Virus record (IMG/VR): IMGVR_UViG_3300033998_000134
Coordinates: 1-54,554 of that record
Source of the DNA: a virus
Lineage: Duplodnaviria; Caudoviricetes
Reading direction: 5' to 3' (one strand)
Length of the DNA: 54,554 nt
Both the position numbers and the translations under genes were made by a program. Shown here piece by piece: positions 1-10,400 of the stretch. Under the pieces are notes generated by a model. It searched no databases. It saw only the letters and a program-made list of their open reading frames with translations, and was not told the origin of the DNA. Position 1 is the first letter of the stretch. Each line of letters opens with the position of its first letter.

Positions 1-127
1 TGCCTACAGGAACGGAAGCGTTTTTGATCTGTTCGATCTTGGCATTTGGCATCGTTTTAAGCGCATCGCTATTATAGAGTATTAAACCATCCACTCTCGT
101 CCATTCATCCCGCAGCATCTCTTGTGT
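1..127. repeat. Terminal direct repeat, copy 1 (circular contig overlap)
   Basis: 1-127 is identical to 54428-54554, and the portal reading frame is continuous across the junction. Confidence 0.97.
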
Positions 128-1372
128 GTAGTCATTGAGTAACTCTCTCGGCGCAACAAGAACGCCTTTGGCCGAGTTCCTGATGATAAAATCGTACAGC
201 ATCATATATCGGTTGATGAACCGCTGCTGGTCGATAAAATCACCCACGAACGGATATACCTTTCCGTTGTATTGCGGGTACAACTTAAACGAGAAAGGAT
301 GCGATTTGTGCCAGTATGGCGTTTCTCCTTCTTTCAAAACGTCTCCCATCGGAGATAAGAAGTAAAAATACCAGTAGTTGTCAACAAACCATCTTGTTTT
401 AATGAGCCTGTAGTCTTCTTCGGCTATTCCCTGCTGTTTGTATTTTGCAATTCGTCTCTGATTTTCCAGCCTTATGCGATCTACATCTTCGAGTTCGTAT
501 TTAAAATAGTCTCCACTCAGCGTATCCCAACATTCGATGCGCTCTTTGCTTTCTCTTCGCCACACTTCGATAACCCTGCACTGATTGTTTTCCGGAACAA
601 AGAAGTTAAGTTCGTTTCTCTTATCGGTATATCGTGAAGTAAATTCCTCGAAAACGCTCTTCATGCCGATGTGTCGGTAAATATCGAGTATCCTGTCTCT
701 TTCCTGCTCGTTTGTGGCAAATTTCCCCAACACATCATTGAGCCCCATGTCCCACAAAGCGCCGACAAGCCTGCAATCATAGCCTCGCGGATCCTTCATA
801 TTGTTATCCACGATAAACCTTTCCAAATCGATCGCATCTGTCCACACATCCCATCTGTCCTCTCTGCGACCCCATTCGCTTCGGAATGCCGATATTCCCG
901 AAATCAAAAGATTATACAGCGCCAAAGAATCAAGCCCCCACATCTTATTGTTCTGATATACGTATTGGATAGTGTTCGACATGACTTCGCCCATTTCCTG
1001 ATCGTCTCTTTCTCTGGCTATACATACCGGTTCGGTTTGGTTGTTTTGGAATTGGCCTACCACTGTTTTCAGGATATTTCTGATCCGGTTATTCTGAAGC
1101 GGGATGTTGCCCTGATTTAGAATGTTTGTCCTTTCCGTCATCGCAACGCCATCCTTCACGATCCTATCTCCCCACTGGTCTCCAAATACGTACCTCTCAT
1201 GCCGCCTCTCTTTCATTCGCAATTCTTCGAGAGAGTTCCATGCCGAAAAGGCATCTGCGAGTACGTCATGCCTTTCTTTGTATTCTTTTTTGGCATCACG
1301 CACCGTGTCTATTACTGCCTTTTTAGGGAAGTATTTTTTCGCCAATTTCTCGTTAACTATTCTTTGTGCCAT
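1..1372 (-). CDS. Portal protein, 5' part (continues at 54427->53838; about 653 aa in total)
   Basis: ATG at 1372 (MAQRIVNEKLAKKYF...YVFGDQWGD). It is in frame with the tracked 53838..54545 ORF because 1372-118 is divisible by 3; the frame was spot-checked, not fully translated. The sequence YDFIIRNSAKGVL...EEVSGVSGALQG and the Q-rich C-terminus resemble P22-like portals. Confidence 0.8.
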   Translation of the reverse strand, partial: MAQRIVNEKLAKKYFPKKAVIDTVRDAKKEYKERHDVLADAFSAWNSLEELRMKERRHERYVFGDQWGDRIVKDGVAMTERTNILNQGNIPLQNNRIRNILKTVVGQFQNNQTEPVCIARERDDQEMGEVMSNTIQYVYQNNKMWGLDSLALYNLLISGISAFRSEWGRREDRWDVWTDAIDLERFIVDNNMKDPRGYDCRLVGALWDMGLNDVLGKFATNEQERDRILDIYRHIGMKSVFEEFTSRYTDKRNELNFFVPENNQCRVIEVWRRESKERIECWDTLSGDYFKYELEDVDRIRLENQRRIAKYKQQGIAEEDYRLIKTRWFVDNYWYFYFLSPMGDVLKEGETPYWHKSHPFSFKLYPQYNGKVYPFVGDFIDQQRFINRYMMLYDFIIRNSAKGVLVAPRELLNDYTQEMLRDEWTRVDGLILYNSDALKTMPNAKIEQIKNASVPVG

Positions 1373-1379
1373 AACTATG

Positions 1380-1423
1380 CAAATGTGAGTATTATAATGT
1401 TCATCGACGTTTGTTAGAGTTAA
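1380..1423 (-). promoter_or_regulatory. Putative late promoter (motif TTAACTCTAACAAACG-N24-TTTG) upstream of portal
   Basis: 16-bp motif at 1408-1423 with TTTG at 1383-1380. The same spacing recurs at three other late genes. Confidence 0.65.
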
Positions 1424-4400
1424 TTACTGATTGCCGTTCAACTCTACAACTTCTTTTCTTAGATCAAAAATCATTTCTTCCGCCTGCTTCTGTTGCTGCG
1501 GATTCATCTCTTTCATTTCTCTTTCAATTCGTTTTATCTCTTTTATCCGATCATATATAGCGTTGATTTTAGGCATGTTTAGTTCACTCATCACGCGCGA
1601 GTATTCGTCAATACCCATCTCGCCTTGTTGGACCTTCTCCGTATATGCTTTTGCCCTCCTTCGCGATTCTATGACCTTATCGTATATATCGTAATACCTG
1701 CTTGAGATTCCGCTGGATTGTAACTGAAGATCGTTTTTATCTGCATAGAATGCGCGAAGCGGCGTCTCCCGGACTTTAATATCCAGCTCACCCGTTTTTG
1801 TAAAATTATATACCTCACTTGCTATGCCGACCCCTTGTTCGGCTATTGTATAGAGCCCTCCAAAATATCCCCTCAGCAGATGATTTGTTATATCCGGATT
1901 GAGACTTATCACTCCTTTTTTCACACCGTCTCCACCGGTGAGATGATCCAATATCATAAACCAGTCAACCATGAAATTGGGCGCATAATATTCGCCTTTC
2001 TTGTTGGTTCTTGCTTTCAGGTATCCGGGCATATTTTTGTTTGCCCATTCGTTATAGATGCGCGACCCCATAAAATTGGTGTTCCATTTAATCTGCGCAA
2101 GTGGACGAATAAAGTCTGGGGCTATTTCGGCAAAGCTTATTTCCGCTGCGCCAAGCGGGTTCATCGGAAGGAGGTCTGACACGGAAAACATCGTATCCAT
2201 CAACACCTGTAAGATGTCTTTCCTGCCGGTGTACGCCTGATAGATATTGTCTCCCATGCGGCTGAATATCCTTAGTTCTTGAGGAAGCGGTATTTTAAGG
2301 AAAGATCCGTTCGGGAGTAACACACACCAGTTATTTTGTCTTTCCCAATCAGATAGCTTCATATAACTATCTTCTCCATCATCGCCTCCAATCATCGCGG
2401 CCAACAGGGGTGATATAAACCCGATAAGCGCATACGATGAGAGGATGGCGGCCATCTTCACCGGATGTTTATTGGTTACTTTCACGATATTGCTAAGCGC
2501 CTGTATGGCTGCATTGGAAAACAAATAATATGGCCTTACATATCCGGCTAATGAGAATATAAATTTCTCGAAATTGTTTTTCCCTACGCTGGATCCTGCC
2601 CCCTTTTGGTTGAAGTTTACCGTGATGTTCTTCGCATCATTAATCGAATCGATGATGCTTTTGCCGTGTTCGCGAGAGGTAATATAAACAGATAACCTGG
2701 TCGTATTTTCTGCCACTTCGTTAAACATATCGATAACGTCTATGATCGCCCTTGCATGATCCGCAAAATTTTTCTTTCCGCCTTTTTGCGCTTCTCTCTC
2801 CAACGATTTTGCTACCCTGTCAAGCTCAAAGATATGGGAGAATCCTGTTTTACCTCCATTGATCATGTACTCGTAAAGATATTGATCGGATTTTTTATTC
2901 AGATCGACATTTCCTCTCTCATACCTTCTTAGTGCATTGGCGGCTGATGGCAGATTTCGCTGGAATTCAAGCATAAACTCCGGCGTTTCTTTCGCAAGCA
3001 ACATCGTAGTGGAATAAATGTAGTCTCGCGAGAAGTTTGTCATGACAAAAAGCGGGTTTCGGGTAGTGAAGTTGGCCGCCATGTTTCGGGTAGCATTAAG
3101 TATCCATGACATGTTTTTGGCTTTATCAACTCTGTTCGCTCCGTTGATTGCTTTTGCAATAGCCGGGTTTGCATTGATATAAACCGTATAACTTATGCCG
3201 TTCTGGTAAACTCGTATTTCATGCTGTTCTGCCTGTTTTGGTTTAATGAACAGATCGCCAATATCCAGCCTTGCTCTCCCCTGATAGGCCATACCCTCCT
3301 TTTTGAGCTGCTGCATCCTCTCCTCAAAAAGTTGCTGGTTTTGAAGATAGGTATCAAGGTCTTCGCTGTACGGTGCAGATTGTTGCTCCCATATCGGTTT
3401 TTCTTTTGTGCCTATGTTAACCTTCCACGTTTTGGTGGCAGACATCAACCCTCCGTTCTCCTTCTGTGCAAGCCTTAGGATAGACTGCTTAAGGGTGTTT
3501 TTATTGCCTTGCACTATGGCCGAGTGAGCCATCTGTTCAATAAAGGCAAACGGGCTTTCTGCTCTCGACCTTCGCCCTTTGGCTCTCACCAACGGAGCAG
3601 TAAAGAATGTTCCCATATCGGGTGTATAGTCCCATCTGTCCTCAGCCGTTTCCTTGTCGTGTCCCCGAAGTGGAACGTAATATCGGTATCGATTCATCAG
3701 ATCGTCATAAACCTCTTTGTTTATCATACCGGTCTGATACTGCTTGGTCAGCGTCCAGTGGGTTGCGTTATTGATCGCCGCCCACAATCTGTTGATATCC
3801 TCTTCTCCGGCCTTATTCTCAAAGCTGTCGATGAACATCTCTGCCGGTTGTCCCAACTCTTCTTCCAGTGCAGTGATACCCGCGTAATCATTCGGAAGCG
3901 ATTTGATGAATGCGGCTCTCTCGTCTTCCTCAGCCTCCGGATGATTGTTTTCCCATTCCTCTATGGCGGCATTGCGCATGTATTCATTGCGTTCGATACC
4001 GTGCTTTGCGAATACATAGTTTTCGATATCACGGTATTTAAACCCTTTATTTACGAGTGCGCTGACGGCAAGTGTGATCGGATGTTGGTAACTGTCTTTG
4101 AATATTTTCAGCTGCGAATCGTTTTTCCCCTGCAGGTGTGTTGCCTGCTTGTAGAAATCGTTGTATTCTGCTATCTCGACACCGTTTTTTCTTAAAAGAT
4201 CGAGAAAGTCTTTTACCGGCAAAAACGTGTCCTCCCACGCCTCGCGGAAACGGGTGAAAAACCGATCATATTTCACATCATACTCCTTGCGAAGATCTTC
4301 CGGCATTTTCGATCCTGTACGATCTGCGACATCCGACACGCTAAATAATGGTTGGTTAGGCAGCTCTCTCTGTTTGAAATACCAATCGCTTACTTCGCGT

Positions 4401-7400
4401 GAATAATCCTCCAGACTTTGCCCCTCTTTTTGCCGTGGCATCGGCGCATAAGCCGATTCCGCTATTCCTCCGACACCGGATACTCCTCCATAGCCTGGAA
4501 GAACAGTTCCGTCCTCCTGTTGTGGCTGATAGGAGACTTCTCCCGGCCGATTAATTCGTTCGCCCTTCGGTATGCCTCTCTGGTTATCTCGTAATGCATC
4601 CGCATCCGATTTTCTCCCGCTCCGTACTCGAGCACCACTTTGACTAAATTCTCCTTCTGTGACATAATCTAAATATTTTATGATTACCGGTAAAATGACA
4701 TCTGCTTCCTTTATTCTTGCAATATCTCTCCCCGTGAAAATTCTCCCTACGGCAAATGCAAGCAATTCGTTTACTTTTTCCTCTTTATCGAGCTTATGAT
4801 AGTACGCATGAAGATTTGCGTTCAGAAAATTATCGTCGAGGTTGTTTATCAAAGGTACTAATAATTCTTTTTTGTCCGATATCCACGCATGAAAATTCTC
4901 ATGCGCCCACACTTCTGCTACATTTTTCGCCTTATCGAGCGAAGACGAATTTAAGTATATTACACCATTAAAGAAAACTCCGTTAAGCTTGGCTTTGGTT
5001 TTCTCGGCCATGCTAAGCAATTCACTGTCGGCCCCCATCATCCGGAGGGATTCAAATACGTCTTTTTTTGTTGGGAGCACTACTGTGTCAACCGATTTCC
5101 TATACCTGCTCTCCAGCTCATCGACCATATCCGAAACGATTTTCGTCTTTTCCTGTGGCGTTTTTGCGGCGTTAAGAAGGGTGTCGATATCTTCACTCAT
5201 CTGCGCTATACTGAATAACGGCATCCCGTTTTCGGCATATCCGCGCATATCGTCCGTAACAGGAATAGACTGTTGCGCTCCTGTTTCCGGCAATTCGATG
5301 GTCTCTATATCTACGCCGAAAGGTTTGCTGATTTTTTTTACGACGCTCGGAACGATTTGGTCATAAAACGCCCTCATTCCTTCGCCGCCAACTTTCAAAT
5401 CATCGCCACGAAAATCGCCACCCCCTTCGTTGATCGCTTTTAAGGCAATTTCTTTCCCTACATAGTCGGAAAGGTTTTCTTTTGTCGCGGTTGCTATATT
5501 CTCAAGCTCTTGCCCCCCTTTTGGAACAGCCATAATGGAATACTGCCCGTTCTCTTCGTCTATAACGATTCGATCCACCTGCTTGCTCAGATTGTACCTA
5601 TCGGCCTGTTGCTCTCCCGTTGTCCATGCAATTCGGTCATAACCGTTCTCGGCTGCATATCGCATCATTCTGCGGAATGCAAGGGTTATCCATTGGTCGG
5701 TTTTTTTGAAAGGCATATCTGGCACCTTATATCTTTCGGAAATGATTGAAAGCTCTTTCATTTTCTCTAACACCTTGCTGTCCAATTCTACATCATCAAG
5801 CGCTTTCTGATAATCCGAATTTGCCTTGTCGTATTCCTTTTTTATTTCCTCCATTCTTTGCTGAATGGAATTATAATCCTTGTTATTTCTTACCTTTTCA
5901 AGCTCCCTGTTTAATTGAATATACTCTTTATTATTCCCCAATAACCATATTTCTGAACCAAACATCTTCTGTTCCGTAGATCCTGCCCCGACGGGTAGGC
6001 CTAATTCATGCCTTCTGTTAATAGCTTTTTCAAGATTTTTATTCGATTCTTCTAAGGCTTTTTCAGCCCTCAATACATCTTTATCCTTCCCTGTTTTAAA
6101 CCCGTGTCTCTTTCCTTGCTGCGCCCAGTCTGATTGTATCTCTTCCAGGAATAAAATTCTCTCACCGTTTGCTGTCCTTTCATCGAAACGGATGTGTGCA
6201 ACGATATTAGGTTCATCGAAATGGAGTGAACGGAATTTTTCATCGCTTATATCTACATCATCGTTTACCAAATCAGAAAATTCACGACGTTCTGATTCTG
6301 TCATTTTCTCTTTTGCTCTTAACTCTTCATATCTTCTCCTCTTTTCTGATATTTTATGCGGCATTGTCAACAACAATTCGTTGTATTTTTCGCCACCAGG
6401 AAGTACGTAATAGGAATATTTGGTGCTATCTTCTCTCGATCTATCTAACTCGCTAAGTTCTTCATAAACAAGATCCTCGTAGTATAAGTCCATCGCATCG
6501 AACATTTTCTTATAATCACTATATCCGTTTTTTGCAGCTATCTCGTTTAATATATCTTCATCAGCATCACCTTTATAATATTCATCCCATCGCTCGATCG
6601 GTTCGTCAATACCAAACTTTTCTCTCGTAGCTATATCGGCATTGATATAAATATCTTGTTCTCTTTGTATAATTTCCCCCTCAGTAAGTGGTTCATTTTT
6701 TTCTTTCCTTACTTCACTTATTTCGATCTTATTTTGGTTGATCCAGTCCTGTATCTCGGCTTTTGTTACCGATTTACCGGTGAAGGTTTCATCCCATCCC
6801 ATCCAGTCCAACTCGGCCTGTTTAGCCCCGTTTTTCAGCAGCATGGCTTTGAATTGTTCGGGTGTACCTTTCTCCTGTTTAATCTTCTCAAGCGCATCTT
6901 CAACGGTAGAATAATATCCGGCTTCATCAACTACATGGAACATTAATCCATTGTAAGTAGCACCCGGAACGTTTTCGGATTGACGCGGCTCATATCCGGC
7001 TTGTTCATCAGCAAGTAGCCCTAATTCATATAGACTTTCATAATTATTGATGATATCGTCATCTTGCTTTATCGTTATCACATCGAGGAGGTCGGCTCCG
7101 ACGATGTTTAATGCCTTTTTGATCCTCTTAAAGTCCAACTGAATGCCGTTCGTAGAAAGGATGACGTTCTCTCCGTGTCTCCCTACTTCTTCGAGTAGTA
7201 TTTTGTTTAGCTCATCTGTTGATACGTTGCCGTCGATAAGTACATACCTGTTGATATTATTCGCTCTGTCAATAATCAGGGCATGAATCTTATCTACCGT
7301 TCCGCGTTTTTGTTGGCTTAATAACCGGGCAACGTCAACCGAACTCTTTATTTTTTGTTTTTCCGAGAACGGGGTATATAGCATTTGCCTGTCAAATGAA

Positions 7401-10400
7401 TAAACATCAACCCGGACGGGTTCACCCTGAGCTGGACCTCTTGGCGTATCGATCGTTGTGCGCGACCATTCTGAAAATTTGGCATATTTCCCCGAATCAA
7501 GGTTGATAATAATTGACGGCATAACCGAGATGCCAAGTACCTCGCCAAGCTGTTCAAGGTTTCTATGCACTGAAATATCCTGAACTGATGGCTCAAGCTT
7601 TCCGGACGGATGGTTGTGTACCATCCACATCTTTGTTGCTCTGAAGTCTTTTGCGGCAGGAGCTATTAATTTAGTATCTACGATGCTCGATGTGGATGAT
7701 CCGGTAGTTAGATATAACACACGGTATTCGCCATTATCTTTCGCAAGGACAACAAACACATTTTCCGATTGAGCCCTTTCAAGATTTTTAAATAGAAAAG
7801 CAACGTCGTTGGCGTCTGTTATCTTAACGGGTCCCGTTAATGGATTTCCTACAAAATCCAGGTGGCCTCTGTTTATCAGAAGCCGCTCCATGTTGGTTAT
7901 TCTATTATCGATGGCCGGATCGTAACCCGCTTTCCGTTGTACGTCTCTTGTTTCGGGGTCAGCACCGAAGGCTTCATCTCTTTTTGCGGATACATCACCG
8001 TTTTCTTCGTCCCAGTTGATTTGGAGGTTGATTGCTTTTTGCTTTCTTTTTTCATTTGGTTTATTTTTTGCAAGAGTTGCACCTTTTTCGTTAACAACTA
8101 AATTATTATCACTTGGTCTTTCCCAATTTATTCCCTGCCTTTCGAGTAATCTTCTGGCGGCTTGTGTCGATTCATTGTCCGGATGTCCTTGTGCCGTTGC
8201 TATGAGTAATTCTGTTCTGGAGGGAGGACGTATCTCTCCCTTCGCTACTTTCTCGGCGTATTCCTTCCTTAATTTTTCTCTTCGCTCATTATTCTCTTTC
8301 ATGTCACCCATTACGCGGCCTATATTTTTTTTCTTGTTGGCATCGTCCTGAATGTTCATGTGTAGTGCCGGCTCTGATCCGGACATGAATGGCGCCCCAT
8401 TCATGGATAGGTATTCCTCTTCTGTTATTACCGGAATATTTCTCCTTTGTTGTTCCCCTCCAACAGTCTCTTGCGCTTTCTTGAGAATATCGATTGGCTC
8501 GTCCTTATTTTCTTTTTGTTCAACCGATTGTTTTTTAATGTTTTCTTTTTGATTAACCTTTAAAGGCTCTTCCTGTTCTTTTTGTTTCTGATTTACAGTC
8601 AGTTTATTCTCTTCATTTAATAAACCATGCTGTGATTTTTCACTTGAAGTTGTCTGTTTTGTATAACTTTCAGTATTAACCGTTTCATCAATGTTCGCCA
8701 TTTGCCCTTCCGTTTCATCTATCCATGCCACGCTATTAATCGGAACACGTGCAGAATACACATTTTTTCCGCCGGCATAATCTTCGGCCATCATTCTGGA
8801 TGGGGTAACAAACACTCCGTTTGCTATCGGGTAGGATGAATATACTGTAATCTGACCACTTTTTAAAGCCTCCGCCATATCGGCTGCCGTGAAGTCCGGT
8901 GAAGCTTCATCTCCGCTTTCAATTAATGGAGAGAACGCTTCCTCTGCCGTTAGGATTTCATCTGCCGATCTTATACCGGTATGGATATCGTCCTTCATCG
9001 GATTTGAGGCCTGAATGATGGCAAACTGTTTCTTCTTCAGCTCAGCATCAGTCTCTTTTATTCGTTGCTTAAGAGATTTTGCAGTACCCTCTTGCATGAT
9101 TCCAGCAACTCCCTCAGCGTTTTGGCCTCTTCCTCCCTGATCATTTTGCCCATATCCGATTGGGCTTGCAGATTCTTTTGGTGTCTCTGCTTCTCTCTCA
9201 TCAGCTCGATCAGTTCCTTCTGCGCCTTCGTTATCGACAGAGCTACCCGTATCTCGTCCTTCTCCATCGGCAGGGACGGATCCTTCTCCAGCATCCTGTT
9301 GATTATTTCCAACCTCTCCTGTCTCGTCATAATCATTATTATTTGCTACAAATTTATAAAAATATTCGTAAAACTCGTCTTGTGTTACCTGATTAACATA
9401 ATATTCCTCTATTTCATACGTTGATATCTCGTCGTCCTTTGCCTCTGATCTTAGTTCGAGAAGTATTTCGTTTTGCGATCTTTCGTTTGGATCGATATCC
9501 CATGCGCCGCTCATGGCTACTCCGGCCTGCATATCCAATTCGTTAAAAATCTGTTCAAGCCTGCTTTCGTTAATATCGGATATCATCTGACCTTTCGAGT
9601 AGTGAGTATAAAGCACATCCAGCACCTCATCCAAAACGCCCATAGTATCCACATTATGAAACCGGACACCTATTTCGTTTTCACCTCCTTTTGAGACAAC
9701 GTCCTCCCATACTTTGTGCGCAAAAGCTTCTGGCGTTAAAGCATTTGTTTTCGCTGAACCTAACAGCCCTATGTATTTTCTTCTTTCCTTCTCTTTTCCT
9801 TTCATCCCAAGATGACTTCCGAAACCTTTTGACGTAGGGGTATCGGACCATAGAATACGTTGCCCATTGATAAGCTCTCGCATGATATACTCGCGCAAGG
9901 ATTGCGGTTCTCCCCACCACTCCTCGCGCTGTTTTGGCGTCATTTTTTCAACCTCTTGCCGAATAGCTTCTTTTTGTTTTTCAATATCATTCAGAAAACG
10001 ATCAGCATCAGTCATGTTTTCGTCTATTGCGGCCTGTTCTTGTTGTTCTCCCTGTTGGATAACTTTGGCCTGGCGCTTTTCCTTCGGTTTTGTAGCTTGT
10101 TCGGGAACATCTGCTGGCGCTTTTGTTGTTACGGATTCTTTTACCGGTTCAATATTTGTGTTTTCGTCCGGTGCTGATTTTGCAACCTGCACATCTTCCC
10201 TTACCGGTGCTGCATTGCTTGTATAATCTTGATATATTTTTTGCTGCGCCAAAAGATTTTCTACAAGATCATTCTGTGCAATATTGAACGGATCGGCATC
10301 CAGCTTCGCCTGCTCCTTTTTAATCCTTTCTTTTAGGTTGTCAACCATCTTGGTGGCGGCACGTAATGCCTTGTCCGTACCGTATTGGTACTCAAAATAT

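Noticed and set aside
1-127. Biological direct terminal repeat of the virion DNA
   Set aside because: It falls in the middle of the portal gene, and 127 is a common assembler k-mer length; a circular-assembly overlap is more likely.
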